Notes: generated by a model not told the origin, from the letters alone. 64,000 nt of DNA from Candidatus Tenderia sp. (GCA_031416075.1 JANOSY010000088.1:9504-73503); one strand, 5' to 3'. Counted from the first letter of the stretch, positions 1-11,417 are shown. Program-made: numbers and translations.

Positions 1-647
1 GCCATGCCGGTGCGCTGCTGCAGCGCCTTCATCAACCGCAAAATTTCCGCCTGCACGGTCACATCCAGCGCGGTGGTGGGTTCATCGGCAATCAGCAGGT
101 CTGGCTCACACGCCATCGCCATGGCAATCATCACCCGCTGCCGCTGGCCGCCCGAAAGGCGGTGTGGATACTCATCGATCCGTTCTGCCGCATTGGGGAT
201 CTGCACCTGCTGTAGCGCCTCTATCGCTCGCTGGCGTGCCTCGTTATGGCTCATCGTTGGGGTGTGCATCTGTAGTGCTTCGATAATCTGATCACCAATG
301 GTGAAGACAGGATTCAATGAGGTCATCGGCTCCTGAAAGATCATGGCGATACGGGCACCACGGATATGGCGACGCCGCTCTTCATCCAGCGTGACCATAT
401 CTACCTGCTCATGTGTCTCATCGTCGTGGCGATATTTGAAAAAGATGTTGCCGGACGGATGTTCACAGACATCTTTAGGCAGCAGCTGAATCACCGACAG
501 CGCCGTGATCGACTTGCCACTGCCCGACTCCCCCACCAGGCAAAACGTCTCGCCACGGTCGATCTCAAAACTGATGCCGTCCACTGCCTTTACCACATCA
601 TCACCGGCGCGCAGATAGGTCTTGAGGTTATCTACCCTCAGCAACAT
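1..647 (-). CDS. ABC transporter ATP-binding protein, oligopeptide/dipeptide (YejF/DppD-like); 3' part runs off the window
   Basis: Minus-strand translation from ATG at 647 reads MLLRVDNLKTYLRAGDDVVKAVDGISFEIDRGETFCLVGESGSGKS..., with a Walker A. It is the last gene of the SBP-permease-permease-ATPase array. The plus ORF 4..291 is its shadow. Confidence 0.7.
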   Translation of the reverse strand, partial: MLLRVDNLKTYLRAGDDVVKAVDGISFEIDRGETFCLVGESGSGKSITALSVIQLLPKDVCEHPSGNIFFKYRHDDETHEQVDMVTLDEERRRHIRGARIAMIFQEPMTSLNPVFTIGDQIIEALQMHTPTMSHNEARQRAIEALQQVQIPNAAERIDEYPHRLSGGQRQRVMIAMAMACEPDLLIADEPTTALDVTVQAEILRLMKALQQRTGM

Positions 648-660
648 TGTTTGCCCCTCA

Positions 661-1848
661 TCACTTGGCCGATTTTTTCGTGTAGGGGTCGATGGCGTCA
701 CGCATCGTCTCCCCAATCAAGTTATAGGCAAACACCGTCAGGAAGATTGCACCACCGGGAAAGACCGCCATCCACCAGTTAAAGGTCGCCGACTGCACCG
801 CCTGATTTAACATCTGTCCCCACGACGGATCATCCACCAGACCTAATCCCAGAAAGCTCAGCGTCGCCTCGGCCAGAATCGCCGAGGCGACACCAAAGCT
901 GGTCGCTACCAGAATCGGTGCCATGCCGTTAGGCAGGATGTGGCGAAACAGGATCGAGCGCAGCGGCAGACCACAGGCAACCGCCGCCTGCACAAACTCC
1001 TGTTGCCGCAACTTTAAAAACTCGGCACGCACAAAGCGGGCATAACCGGTCCAGCTGGTAATGCCGATGATGATCATCATCACGTAAAGATTGCGGCCAA
1101 AAAAAGCTACAAATGTGAGCAACAGAAATAGCACCGGTATCGCTTCAAAGATCTCCACCAATCGCATGCCGATCATATCCACCACGCCGGAGAAATAGCC
1201 CATCAACCCCCCAATGATCGTGCCCAGTACCATGGCGATGCCCGTGGCAACAAAACCTATACTCAATGCAATGCGTGAGGCGTGAATCATCCGGCTCAAG
1301 ACATCGGCACCGTTCTCATCCGTACCAAACCAGTGGGTCTGCTCGGTGGCACTCAGGGGGGCCTTAAGGCCGGAGTCCCCTACATCGCGCAGGTAGTCTT
1401 TAGGCGAGTAGGGAATTGGCGCACGGATCAACCACTCATAACTGCCCGCACGCTCCTGCTCCCGGTACTGCTCATAGATATTGAGCTGAGGTGGCGAGAC
1501 AAATGCGTAACAGACCGTGGCAACAGCGCTGCCCAGTAGCAGCGCCAACGCCATCTTTTTACGCACACTGATCTTCACCACGCTGAGCAACAGCACCATA
1601 AAAAACAGTGCCAACAGTGTCACATCCGTGGCGCTCAAACTATGCAGTAACGGGCTGCGGATCTGCGACTGCTCACTCAATAGCAGCGGGTAGCTGCTAG
1701 CAAAAAATGGGGCAAAGACCGAGATAATTACTAACAGCCCGATCCAGGCGATGCCAATACGCGCTCCCCACTGCATCAATACTTCACGCACTACCTGGGC
1801 GGCGTAACTACGCTGCTGACGCGGAATGGCAGTCTCTATCTCACTCAT
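661..1848 (-). CDS. ABC transporter permease (DppC/YejE family)
   Basis: 395-aa ORF with the binding-protein-dependent transport inner-membrane signature (…EAIPVLFLLLTFVAFFG…). It overlaps the upstream permease by 8 nt. Confidence 0.8.
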   Translation of the reverse strand: MSEIETAIPRQQRSYAAQVVREVLMQWGARIGIAWIGLLVIISVFAPFFASSYPLLLSEQSQIRSPLLHSLSATDVTLLALFFMVLLLSVVKISVRKKMALALLLGSAVATVCYAFVSPPQLNIYEQYREQERAGSYEWLIRAPIPYSPKDYLRDVGDSGLKAPLSATEQTHWFGTDENGADVLSRMIHASRIALSIGFVATGIAMVLGTIIGGLMGYFSGVVDMIGMRLVEIFEAIPVLFLLLTFVAFFGRNLYVMMIIIGITSWTGYARFVRAEFLKLRQQEFVQAAVACGLPLRSILFRHILPNGMAPILVATSFGVASAILAEATLSFLGLGLVDDPSWGQMLNQAVQSATFNWWMAVFPGGAIFLTVFAYNLIGETMRDAIDPYTKKSAK

Positions 1849-3223
1849 AACTCACCCGTGGATCGGCAATGGCGTAACAGAGATCGGCCAACAGGTAACC
1901 AGCCAACGACAGAAGCGCACCAATCAGTGTGATGGAGAGCACCAGCTCACGGTCACGGCTCTGCACCGCCTCCACCGCCAGCTTGCCCATACCATCGATG
2001 CTGAACAGTACTTCCACAATAATGGAGCCACCCAACAGACTTGGCAACAACCCCGCTGATACCGTGATCAACGGCAACAGACTATTGCGAAAAACATGAC
2101 GCCACAATACCTGCTGCTCCGGCACCCCTTTTGCGCGGGCGGTGCGGGCGTAGTCAGACAACAGATTCTCCAGCACGGAGCTGCGTGTCAACTTGGCAAG
2201 AAAGGCAAAGCCACCATAGGAGAGACAGACCACTGGTAATATAAGATGCCAGAGACGATCAAACAGAAACCCAACCACAAACCCGTTCGACATAAATACA
2301 AACGCAATGCCAATACCGAGGCCCAACCCCACCAGCCCCATCATGCCGGTCCGCAGCGCGTGGTAGTCGCTATAGGCAATCAGGCCACAGATCGCCGCCA
2401 GCAGCGCTATCAATACAACCTGCGTCCACAACGCCGCCTCACCTGGCAGTGCCGCCGCCATGGCAAACCCCAATCCACCACCCAGCAGCGCCATCAGCCC
2501 CATACGTAACCGCTGGCCACCACGCAGACTCAGGCTGACCAGCCCCGCCACGGCAATCACCACCAAAACAAACAGCAACAGCAGATCAACAGCACTGTTC
2601 CAGTGGGGCAGAAACTGCATATCCAACGCCTCGCGCTGACTCAACCCCGCTGTGGGAAACCAGTGCCAATATTGGTCACTAGCAAAAAAGCCGATCATCA
2701 ACACCCCCGCCAACATGGTGGGCACCGACCACAACGCCAACATTGATATCCCGGAGCCTACATCAAACGCCTTGCCACGCTGGGTGGCTGCATGCACACC
2801 TATCACAATGGCCACTATGTATATAAGAGGGATAGAGAGCAGATTCAGTAACAGGGTAATGGGCAAGCGCTCTTCAATCAGATCCAGCACCGGACGACCA
2901 TAACGGAAGCTGGTGCCAAGATCAGAACCTTTGGTAAACGAGAACCCTTCAACATCATTCTCTTCATCAAAGGTAAAGCCAATGGGTGAAACATTGTTCA
3001 GCCAGCGCAGGTACTGCACCGGTGCCGGATCATTCAAACCATACAGGCGGTTGTAGTATTCCTCCATCGCCTTTTTTACTTGCGGCTCAAGGTTCTGCCC
3101 CTCCACCAGGCTCTGGGCGCTGATCCCCCCCGGCGCTGCCGCCATCACCGAAAAGACCACAAGGGTGATGCCGATCAGTGTCGGAAACATCAGCAACAGA
3201 CGGCGGATGATATAGGTATGCAT
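1841..3223 (-). CDS. ABC transporter permease (DppB/YejB family)
   Basis: 460-aa polytopic ORF. The C-terminal …ARTARAKGVPEQQVLWRHVFRNSLLPLITV… motif is typical of OppB/DppB permeases. Confidence 0.8.
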   Translation of the reverse strand: MHTYIIRRLLLMFPTLIGITLVVFSVMAAAPGGISAQSLVEGQNLEPQVKKAMEEYYNRLYGLNDPAPVQYLRWLNNVSPIGFTFDEENDVEGFSFTKGSDLGTSFRYGRPVLDLIEERLPITLLLNLLSIPLIYIVAIVIGVHAATQRGKAFDVGSGISMLALWSVPTMLAGVLMIGFFASDQYWHWFPTAGLSQREALDMQFLPHWNSAVDLLLLFVLVVIAVAGLVSLSLRGGQRLRMGLMALLGGGLGFAMAAALPGEAALWTQVVLIALLAAICGLIAYSDYHALRTGMMGLVGLGLGIGIAFVFMSNGFVVGFLFDRLWHLILPVVCLSYGGFAFLAKLTRSSVLENLLSDYARTARAKGVPEQQVLWRHVFRNSLLPLITVSAGLLPSLLGGSIIVEVLFSIDGMGKLAVEAVQSRDRELVLSITLIGALLSLAGYLLADLCYAIADPRVSYE

Positions 3224-3237
3224 CGTTATTCAGCCGC

Positions 3238-5091
3238 TTATTGCTTGTACTTCTGCTGACCTTCCGGCACAAAGATCTCTACCGGTACAGCCCCCATATT
3301 CAACCCCAGCTTGGTAATCTGGAGGTTATGGATACGTTTATCGATAAAGACCAGCGACTGACGCCGCATCAAAAAGGTGTAGGGTTGATCCTCATACATA
3401 ATCCGCTCTGCCTGCTGCCAGAGTGGCATACGTTTGGCTTCATCAACCGTGCCGCGGGCCTGATCGATCAACTGATCGAGTGCGCTGTTTTTATAGTGCA
3501 CAAAGTTATCACCCCCCCCCTCGATCTGTTTGCTGTGAAAGATCTGATAGATATCAGTCTCAACACCGCTGGTCCAGCCAAGCGTAATCGCCTCAAAATC
3601 ACGCCTGTTAATCAGATCGAGCATCACCGACCACTCCGTTGGTTTTGGAACCAGCACAATCCCGGCGCGGGCGTACAGATCCTTCAGGAACAACACGATG
3701 CGTTTGGTATCTTCGTTATCCTGAAAAAAGACCAGTTCAAACTCAAACGGTTTGCCTTGTGCATCCTCCAGCACCCCGTCTCTATTACGGTCAGCAAACC
3801 CCGCATCCTTCAACAGCTGCCTGGCCTTTTCAAGATCAAATCCCCGCGCCACCAGTGCCACATCGTGCTGCTTACTACGCGGGCTAAACGGGCTGACCGC
3901 TGCCTCGGCATAACCGAGCATAATCTCATCGTTAATGCGCTTTATGTCAGTCAGATAGGTCATCGCCTGTCGCACCCGTTTATCGGCAAAGCGGGTGGAC
4001 TTGCCACTGCGCTGCTGATTCCAGCCAATGTAACTGTAACCTGCCGTAGGACTCATATACTCAAACTGCTGAGTGCGTGCGCTCAGCCCTTTATCTTCAC
4101 GCAGGGTTTGATACTCACGCGGGCTGGCACCATAGGCATCGATCTCACCATTACGGAAGGTTGTCAGGCGCGCCGCATCATTCTGAATCACCTTCCAGAG
4201 CAGGCGATCAAAGGAAGGTTGTGGCCCCCAGTAACGGGGATTGCGCTGCAGCTCCACCAACCCCTGATCAGGGGTCCAGCCTTTAGGGTCCGCGAGACGG
4301 TATGGTCCCGAACCCAGTAACAGCCCCTTGGACTGATTAAATTTTTCAGGTGTCTTTAAGTACGGCTCATAAAAGTGGCGAGGTAAAATGGAGATTCCAC
4401 CCGCCATGGCAAGGCTGTCGTAATAGGGCTCTTTAAACTGGAATACCACCTCATACTGCCCCGTTGCAGTCACACTGGCGATTTTGTCGTACACCGCCCG
4501 CTCACGTGGTGCTGTAATCTCAGGGGTCTGAATAAAGGCAAAAGTGAAAGCAACATCATCGGCAGTCAGCGCCACGCCATCTGAAAACTTCACATCCTCA
4601 CGTAGCTGAAAGGTAAAGGTCAGCCCATCCTCACTCACCTGCCATGATTTGGCAATCAACCCCAGCCACGCCAACGTTTCAGGGTCACGGGTCAGCAGTG
4701 ACTCTAAAATATACGAGTGCACCTCACTTGCATAAGCATCAGTAGAGACCAACGGTGTAATGGTTTTAAGGCCGGTACCAAACGAGCTGACCAACCAGTC
4801 GCCCCGTTTATAACCAGGCAACTGCTCCGCCTGTCTGCCCCGTTCAAACGCCAGGGCTACACGTGAATCGCCCTGCGCCCCACCCACATCAGCCCGAACA
4901 CGCTGATCAGCTCCATTCAACAGACCACGCAGGGCGTGAATATCCTCCGCCTGCTCACGCAAGATGCTTTGTATACGCGCCATTTCTGCCCACTGCCGAT
5001 CTACCATATACATGGAGAGCAACAGCGTCACAAACAGCAACCCAAGACAGACAAAGAGAGAAAAATCTTTAAACGTAAATCGTTTTTCCAT
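3238..5091 (-). CDS. ABC transporter substrate-binding protein, family 5 (YejA/OppA-like)
   Basis: 617 aa with an N-terminal signal anchor and the size and order of the yejABEF periplasmic binding protein. Confidence 0.8.
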   Translation of the reverse strand: MEKRFTFKDFSLFVCLGLLFVTLLLSMYMVDRQWAEMARIQSILREQAEDIHALRGLLNGADQRVRADVGGAQGDSRVALAFERGRQAEQLPGYKRGDWLVSSFGTGLKTITPLVSTDAYASEVHSYILESLLTRDPETLAWLGLIAKSWQVSEDGLTFTFQLREDVKFSDGVALTADDVAFTFAFIQTPEITAPRERAVYDKIASVTATGQYEVVFQFKEPYYDSLAMAGGISILPRHFYEPYLKTPEKFNQSKGLLLGSGPYRLADPKGWTPDQGLVELQRNPRYWGPQPSFDRLLWKVIQNDAARLTTFRNGEIDAYGASPREYQTLREDKGLSARTQQFEYMSPTAGYSYIGWNQQRSGKSTRFADKRVRQAMTYLTDIKRINDEIMLGYAEAAVSPFSPRSKQHDVALVARGFDLEKARQLLKDAGFADRNRDGVLEDAQGKPFEFELVFFQDNEDTKRIVLFLKDLYARAGIVLVPKPTEWSVMLDLINRRDFEAITLGWTSGVETDIYQIFHSKQIEGGGDNFVHYKNSALDQLIDQARGTVDEAKRMPLWQQAERIMYEDQPYTFLMRRQSLVFIDKRIHNLQITKLGLNMGAVPVEIFVPEGQQKYKQ

Positions 5092-5328
5092 GAGGCTCTC
5101 TAATATTTAGCAGCGCTATCAACAATCCATTGGATGGCAAGCATCGGGCAGATGCCAACCTGACTCTTCGTCAGGATAGCGGGCTTACCACACAGGAACA
5201 AGAGCATACGCCAGCTAGCCCCTTCCCCTAAAGATTAATTTTCGGTAAGTTATGGCAACAGAGTGGACGTGCCAGATTTAGAATGCCTCCATACGAGGTT
5301 TATCGTCTCCATCAATTCAAGGTGAGCC

Positions 5329-6114
5329 ATGGGATTTCTAAACGGAAAAAAAGCACTCATTGTCGGCTTGGCCAGCCACCGATCCATCGCCTGGGGCATC
5401 GCCCAGGCAATGCACCGCGAAGGTGCCGAGCTGGCCTTTACCTATCAGAATGAAAAGCTGCAATCCCACGTTGAAAAGATGGCCGCTGAACTCGACTCAG
5501 ACATCGCCATTCCCTGCGATATTGGCCACGACAGTGATATCGAAAAGGCTTATGAACACCTGGATGATTATTGGGATCACCTCGACATCATCGTCCACTC
5601 AGTTGCCTACGCCCCACACGAAGCACTTGAAGGGGACTATCTTGACACCGTCACCCGTGATGCCTTCAACACCGCACATGAAATCAGCTCTTACAGTTTT
5701 GCAGCATTGGCAAAAGCGGGACGCAATATGATGGAGGGGCGCAACGGGGCGTTGATCACAATCAGCCACCTCGGTGCCGAACGCACACTGCCCAGCTATA
5801 ACGTCATGGGACTAGCCAAGGCCAGCCTGGAAGCCAACGTCCGCTATATGGCCGCCAGCCTTGGCCCGGATGGCATTCGTGTCAACAGCATCTCCGCTGG
5901 GCCTGTCAAAGCCCTGACCGCCACTGGCATCAGTAATTTTCGCCACATCCTCAACCACGTCGAAAAAAACGCGCCGCTACGGCGTAACATCACTATCGAA
6001 GAGGTTGGCAATACCGCCGCCTTTTTATGCTCTGATCTGGCTTCGGGCATTACCGGAGAGAACATCTATGTAGATGGTGGTTACAACACCATAGGCATGG
6101 GCCTGAACGAATAG
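5329..6114 (+). CDS. fabI: enoyl-[acyl-carrier-protein] reductase (NADH) FabI
   Basis: [40 protein letters not shown]… is a canonical FabI N-terminus, and the 261-aa length fits. Confidence 0.9.
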   Translation: MGFLNGKKALIVGLASHRSIAWGIAQAMHREGAELAFTYQNEKLQSHVEKMAAELDSDIAIPCDIGHDSDIEKAYEHLDDYWDHLDIIVHSVAYAPHEALEGDYLDTVTRDAFNTAHEISSYSFAALAKAGRNMMEGRNGALITISHLGAERTLPSYNVMGLAKASLEANVRYMAASLGPDGIRVNSISAGPVKALTATGISNFRHILNHVEKNAPLRRNITIEEVGNTAAFLCSDLASGITGENIYVDGGYNTIGMGLNE

Positions 6115-6145
6115 ACTCTCGTCTGCTACTTATGTAAATAAAAAA

Positions 6146-6177
6146 GGGGCGGGCCATCACTGGCCCGCCCCTTTTTT
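6146..6177. terminator. bidirectional rho-independent terminator shared by fabI (+) and ppiD (-)
   Basis: GGGGCGGGCCA-tcac-TGGCCCGCCCC hairpin, flanked by an A-run upstream and TTTTTT downstream. Confidence 0.7.
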
Positions 6178-6235
6178 ACCTGTGCCTTACACAATCAACC
6201 ATGCCAGCCGCTTTATTCCGACATGGCCAGATTGG

Positions 6236-8134
6236 TTAAAGGTTCTCTGGGTACTCTCTAATCTCAGCAACACTACGCAATCCCTTCACCACCCCTTCCA
6301 AGTGGCTAAAGCCATAGTAACGTTCACGATTCACGGCCACACTCTTGGCCTGTTCATCATTCACATCAACCGCCCCATCATTCACAGCAAAAAGCGCCAC
6401 TACCGCATAGTCACCAGACGGCAATACAACGCCACCGAAACTACGACTCTCTTGTGCAGGTGCTTTCATACGGAACACCTTAGTAATCACATCATGATCA
6501 GCAGCTGTTGAAGAGCGCTTTACCAAACCAAGATACTGCCAGTCCAAACCCTTCTGTTTAGCCAACGTTTCAACATCAGAATCAGCCTTCAGCAACTGCA
6601 GCAGAGCCTGCCCCTCTTCCTTCGCCTTGGCTTCGGCGCGCTGGCCTTTCAACTGCGCCACCACCTCACTCTGCACCTCCTCAAAAGGCCTCACAGTGGA
6701 TTCCAAATGTTCCTTAACACGCAATACAATCAGGTGGCCACTACTAATCTCCTTAACTTCACTGTTGTTTCCCTGAAACAACACCTCATCAGAAAAAGCA
6801 GTTTTACGAATATCAGGATTACTAGCCAACCCCATCCCCTGATCACGCACAAACAGTGGTGTCACATTAATTTTCAATCCCAACTGTTGGGCGGCTGGCT
6901 CCAGCGAATCCGGATTTTCAAACGTTATGTTCGCCAACATCTCACGTTGCTCAAAGAAGATCGCTTCAGCCTGCTTATGACGGTAATCCTGCACTAACTG
7001 AGTTCTCATCTCAGCAAAAGAGCGGACCTGACCACGCTTGATCTCGCTAAGCTTAATAATATGGTATCCGTATGCGCTCTTTACAGGCTTGCTAACCTCA
7101 CCTTGTTTAAGTGCAAACGCCGCATCAGCAAAAGCTGGGTCTAACATGGCATCACGACTTAAAAACCCCAGATCCCCACCATCTTTGGCAGAACCGGTAT
7201 CGGCAGAATCCTTACGTGCCAGCTCCTCAAATGAAGCACCACCCGCAAGCTGCTCAAACAGTGCATCGGCCTTCGCCTTGGCAACATCCCCATCGGCAGA
7301 AGATTCAATCAAAATATGGCTAACATGACGCTCCTCAGCCGTACCAAAATCACCTTGATGCTCCTGATACATCTCCTGCAGAGCAGCCTCATCAACCTGC
7401 ACCTTCTCCATCAATGCGTCCAGCGACAGCTCCAGATACTGAATACTCACCTGCTCAGTGGTTGCATAACGCTGCTTATCGCCCTCATAGTGGCTACGCG
7501 CATCCGCGTCAGCGACCTCAATGCCAGCTACAAAAGCCTGTGCAGAAATCTTCACCACCCCTACATCACGCTGCTGTTCAAGTTTCTGAAAAATGGCCTG
7601 CCGCTCCTTCCCAGTCACCCAGGCTGTACCCGCAATCCCCATGCGATATTGCTGAACAATCACATCACGACGCAACATTGCCTCAAAATCTGCTGCGCTC
7701 ATTCTATTTTGCTGTAGCCACTGCTGATAAAGTGCCGCATCAAACTGGCCATTGGTATGAAACGCTTCAATAGCACGAATCTGCTGCGCCAACTGGACAT
7801 TACTGACAGAAAAACCATCCTTCTTGGCAATCTGCAAAACCAGCTCCTCCTCTTCCATCCCCTTCAGGATATTAGATTTGAATTGAGACTCATCAGGAAT
7901 AACCTTGCTAATATCGGTGCCCCCCAACATCGATTGCAGCCGCGCGCGCTGCCGCTGATACTCCATCTGAAATTGGTTCGCCGTGATTTTTTCACCATTC
8001 ACATTGGCGACTGCAACCTCTACATCAGGCCTGAAATATGAATCCCAAGCAAACGAAGCAAGGCCCAGGATCAACATTCCGATGATGACCATCACGATCC
8101 AGCCTTGCGCTCTGTCCCTAATCAACTGCAGCAT
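6236..8134 (-). CDS. ppiD: periplasmic chaperone / peptidyl-prolyl isomerase PpiD
   Basis: 632 aa with an N-terminal TM anchor (MLQLIRDRAQGWIVMVIIGMLILG…) and SurA-like organisation. It sits downstream of hupB as in E. coli. Confidence 0.85.
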   Translation of the reverse strand: MLQLIRDRAQGWIVMVIIGMLILGLASFAWDSYFRPDVEVAVANVNGEKITANQFQMEYQRQRARLQSMLGGTDISKVIPDESQFKSNILKGMEEEELVLQIAKKDGFSVSNVQLAQQIRAIEAFHTNGQFDAALYQQWLQQNRMSAADFEAMLRRDVIVQQYRMGIAGTAWVTGKERQAIFQKLEQQRDVGVVKISAQAFVAGIEVADADARSHYEGDKQRYATTEQVSIQYLELSLDALMEKVQVDEAALQEMYQEHQGDFGTAEERHVSHILIESSADGDVAKAKADALFEQLAGGASFEELARKDSADTGSAKDGGDLGFLSRDAMLDPAFADAAFALKQGEVSKPVKSAYGYHIIKLSEIKRGQVRSFAEMRTQLVQDYRHKQAEAIFFEQREMLANITFENPDSLEPAAQQLGLKINVTPLFVRDQGMGLASNPDIRKTAFSDEVLFQGNNSEVKEISSGHLIVLRVKEHLESTVRPFEEVQSEVVAQLKGQRAEAKAKEEGQALLQLLKADSDVETLAKQKGLDWQYLGLVKRSSTAADHDVITKVFRMKAPAQESRSFGGVVLPSGDYAVVALFAVNDGAVDVNDEQAKSVAVNRERYYGFSHLEGVVKGLRSVAEIREYPENL

Positions 8135-8184
8135 GGTTTAACTTTTCCGTTGAAATTATCGTGCGTGTGATTTTAGCCCATAAA

Positions 8185-8218
8185 CAAAAAAGGCGCAGGC
8201 TGTATTAGCGCTGCGCCT
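8185..8218 (-). terminator. rho-independent terminator after the tRNA-Val/tRNA-Asp pair
   Basis: On the minus strand there is an AGGCGCAGCGCTAATACAGCCTGCGCCT hairpin followed by TTTTTT. Confidence 0.5.
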
Positions 8219-8230
8219 CTCATATTTTGT

Positions 8231-8307
8231 TGGCGGAGTGGACGGGACTCGAACCCGCGACCCCCGGCGTGACAGGCCGGTATTCTAACCAACTGAACTA
8301 CCACTCC
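8231..8307 (-). tRNA. tRNA-Asp (GTC)
   Basis: The reverse complement GGAGTGGTAGTTCAGTTGGTTAGAATACCGGCCTGTCACGCCGGGGGTCGCGGGTTCGAGTCCCGTCCACTCCGCCA folds as a cloverleaf with anticodon GUC. Confidence 0.9.
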
Positions 8308-8324
8308 AAACATCTAACTAAAAA

Positions 8325-8400
8325 TGGTGGGTGCTGACGGGATCGAACCGCCGACATTCGCCTTGTAAGGGCGACGCTCTCCCAGCTGAGCTAAGCACCC
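8325..8400 (-). tRNA. tRNA-Val (TAC)
   Basis: The reverse complement GGGTGCTTAGCTCAGCTGGGAGAGCGTCGCCCTTACAAGGCGAATGTCGGCGGTTCGATCCCGTCAGCACCCACCA has anticodon UAC. Confidence 0.9.
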
Positions 8401-8411
8401 TGAAAGCGCGG

Positions 8412-8684
8412 CTAGTTTACGGCATCCTTGAGGGCTTTACCAGCCTTAAATGCAGGAACTTTTGCTGCCGCAATACTAATCGTTGCACCTGTCTGAGGAT
8501 TACGGCCATTACGTGCAGCACGCTCACGCACAGTGAATGTACCAAAACCAACCAAGGCAACATCATTCTGCTGTTTAAGTGCTTCTGTGATAGAAGAAAC
8601 CACTGCGTCCACGGCACGGCCTGCATCTGCTTTAGTCATGTCAGCACGCTCTGCAACAGCTTCAATCAACTCTGCTTTATTCAC
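8412..8684 (-). CDS. hupB: DNA-binding protein HU-beta
   Basis: 90 aa (GTG start), [29 protein letters not shown]…[21 protein letters not shown]… matches the HU family. Confidence 0.9.
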   Translation of the reverse strand: MNKAELIEAVAERADMTKADAGRAVDAVVSSITEALKQQNDVALVGFGTFTVRERAARNGRNPQTGATISIAAAKVPAFKAGKALKDAVN

Positions 8685-8927
8685 TCGAAAACTCCTCTAA
8701 TTCTTCTATCCAATTGTCTGCTTGGTTCATAGCAAGCATAACTTCAAATAAACAATAACCCTAACGGTAACCACCGCACACCTACCAGACGCACCCGCGA
8801 ACTTCTTACCGAAGAAAGAGCTGCAGCGATACAACTTATTATTATGTGCCAGCCATTATTTTACGGCCATCTAAGACAGGGCAAAATTTATACATTTCCC
8901 CCTCCTTAATGTCAAGAAAAACCACGC

Positions 8928-11375
8928 CTAATGGTGCGGTACCCGCTCCGATTTAACCCGCTTTTTCTTTGTCGTAACAAGCTTATCCTCGTCAACATCA
9001 GCCACAACGCTAACATCAGGCATATGCTGTAACGCCACTTGCAACACCTCATCAAACCATCTAACCGGCTTAATTTCCAACTGATCCTTAATATTTTTGG
9101 GTATCTCCTCAAGGTCGCGTTCATTCTCTTTTGGTATCAACACAACCTTAATTCCACCACGATGCGCAGCCAACAGCTTCTCCTTCAAGCCGCCAATCGG
9201 TAAAACCTCACCACGCAGTGTGATCTCACCCGTCATCGCTACATCCGCCCGCACCGGGATCCTCGTCAATGCCGAAACCAGCGCCGTACACATCCCAATA
9301 CCAGCACTCGGCCCATCCTTGGGTATACCACCTTCAGGAACGTGTATATGAAGGTCCTGCTTCTGGTAAAAATCGATCTCGATACCCAATGACTGGGCAC
9401 GGCTCCGCACAACAGTCATGGCCGCTTGCACCGACTCCTGCATAACGTCACCCAACTGTCCCGTGATGGTTAGCTTACCTTTACCCGGCACCGGTACTGC
9501 CTCGATAGTTAACAACTCACCACCTACCTCAGTCCAGGCCAAGCCCGTCACCTGACCAATCTGGTCGCTCTCTTCAGCCTTACCATAACGGAACCTCTTC
9601 ACACCTAGATATTTATCCAGATTAGCGGGAGTCACCTTAATACAAGCAGCTTTAGTTTTACCACCTTTGTTTAACAGCAGGGCCTTTACTACCTTGCGGC
9701 AGATTTTGGAAATTTCACGCTCCAGACTGCGAACCCCCGCCTCACGACTGTAGTAACGCACAATATCGCGAACCGCCGCTTCAGAAATATCGATTTCTCC
9801 CGGCTTAAGACCATTTGCATCAATTTGTTTTGGCATTAAATATCGCAATGCAATATTAATCTTTTCGGCTTCGGTATAACCAGAAAGCCTGATTACTTCC
9901 ATCCGGTCCAATAACGGCCCAGGAATATTTAAACTATTTGCAGTAGCCACGAACATGACATCGGACAGATCATAATCAACCTCAAGATAGTGATCATTAA
10001 AGGTGTGATTCTGCTCTGGATCTAACACTTCCAACATCGCAGACGAGGGATCCCCGCGAAAATCCATCGCCATTTTGTCCACTTCATCCAACAGAAAAAG
10101 CGGGTTACGCACCCCCACCTTCGCCATATTTTGGACTATCTTACCTGGCATAGAGCCAATATAAGTCCGACGATGCCCGCGAATCTCTGCTTCGTCACGC
10201 ACACCACCCAGCGCCATCCGGACAAACTGCCGCCCTGTGGCACGAGCAATAGAACGCCCTAATGATGTTTTACCTACACCAGGCGGCCCAACCAGGCAGA
10301 GCACCGGCCCTTTTAATTTGCTGACACGCTGCTGAACCGCGAGGTACTCGAGAATACGCTCTTTAACTTTTTCCAGACCGTAATGATCCTCTTCCAGAAT
10401 TGCCTCCGCATTGGCCAAATCACCACGGATTTTGCTGCGTTTCTTCCACGGAACACTCACCATCCAGTCAATATAATTACGCACCACTGTCGCTTCAGCA
10501 GACATTGGTGACATCATTTTTAGCTTATTCAACTCGGCCTTGGCTTTAGTCTTGGCCTCTTTTGACATGCCTGCTTTTTCGATCTTGGCGGAATATTCCT
10601 CAATCTCATTTGGAACATCATCCATATCGCCAAGCTCTTTCTGAATAGCCTTCATCTGCTCATTCAGATAGTACTCGCGCTGGCTCTTCTCCATTTGCCG
10701 TTTAACACGGCCACGAATCCGTTTTTCAACTTGCAGTAAATCGATCTCCGATTCAAGTAGCCCCATCATCTTTTCGATACGTTCACGAACACTCACCTGC
10801 TCTAATACACTCTGCTTCTCATCAATTTTGAGCGTCATATGTGCAGCAATGGTATCCACCAAGCGGCCACCATCTTCAATACCAGAGAGGGATGAAAGTA
10901 TTTCGGGGGGGATTTTATTGTTTAATTTAACGTATTGATCAAACTGATTCAGCAGTGAACGAACCAAAACCTCAGACTCACGCTCATCGAGCATCTCACA
11001 CGCCAGGCTTTCGACATGCGCGGTAAAATAGCCATCCTGGTCCACGTAGTCACGGATGGTGGCGCGGCCAAGTCCTTCCACCAACACTTTAATCGTGCCG
11101 TCAGGCAGTTTAAGCAGCTGCAAAATAGTCGCCAGCGTACCTATGGAGTAGATATCGTCGGGCTGTGGATCGTCCTGAGAGGCGCTACGCTGAGCGACCA
11201 ATAAAATCTGTTTCTCACCCTCCATAGCCGCTTCAAGCGCCTTAATGGACTTTTCACGACCAACAAACAAGGGAATCACCATATGCGGATAAACCACTAC
11301 ATCACGCAATGGCAACACAGGCATCATTTTGCTGATACTTATTGAAGAACTACTGTCCTGGTCACTCTTTTCCAT
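8928..11375 (-). CDS. lon: ATP-dependent Lon protease
   Basis: 815 aa with [27 protein letters not shown]…, Walker GPPGVGKTS and the C-terminal protease Ser-Lys dyad region. An AAAGAGG SD lies upstream. Confidence 0.95.
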   Translation of the reverse strand: MEKSDQDSSSSISISKMMPVLPLRDVVVYPHMVIPLFVGREKSIKALEAAMEGEKQILLVAQRSASQDDPQPDDIYSIGTLATILQLLKLPDGTIKVLVEGLGRATIRDYVDQDGYFTAHVESLACEMLDERESEVLVRSLLNQFDQYVKLNNKIPPEILSSLSGIEDGGRLVDTIAAHMTLKIDEKQSVLEQVSVRERIEKMMGLLESEIDLLQVEKRIRGRVKRQMEKSQREYYLNEQMKAIQKELGDMDDVPNEIEEYSAKIEKAGMSKEAKTKAKAELNKLKMMSPMSAEATVVRNYIDWMVSVPWKKRSKIRGDLANAEAILEEDHYGLEKVKERILEYLAVQQRVSKLKGPVLCLVGPPGVGKTSLGRSIARATGRQFVRMALGGVRDEAEIRGHRRTYIGSMPGKIVQNMAKVGVRNPLFLLDEVDKMAMDFRGDPSSAMLEVLDPEQNHTFNDHYLEVDYDLSDVMFVATANSLNIPGPLLDRMEVIRLSGYTEAEKINIALRYLMPKQIDANGLKPGEIDISEAAVRDIVRYYSREAGVRSLEREISKICRKVVKALLLNKGGKTKAACIKVTPANLDKYLGVKRFRYGKAEESDQIGQVTGLAWTEVGGELLTIEAVPVPGKGKLTITGQLGDVMQESVQAAMTVVRSRAQSLGIEIDFYQKQDLHIHVPEGGIPKDGPSAGIGMCTALVSALTRIPVRADVAMTGEITLRGEVLPIGGLKEKLLAAHRGGIKVVLIPKENERDLEEIPKNIKDQLEIKPVRWFDEVLQVALQHMPDVSVVADVDEDKLVTTKKKRVKSERVPHH

Positions 11376-11417
11376 ACCAAAACCTCTTTATTACAACGCA
11401 CCCCACCACAAAACACA

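Noticed and set aside
4-291. 95-aa plus-strand ORF at the window start
   Set aside because: Opposite frame of the YejF-like ABC ATPase, whose Walker A and signature motifs read clearly on the minus strand.
3241-4320. 359-aa plus-strand ORF inside the substrate-binding protein gene
   Set aside because: Shadow ORF antisense to a well-supported CDS in GC-rich DNA. It has no SD and no recognisable protein features.
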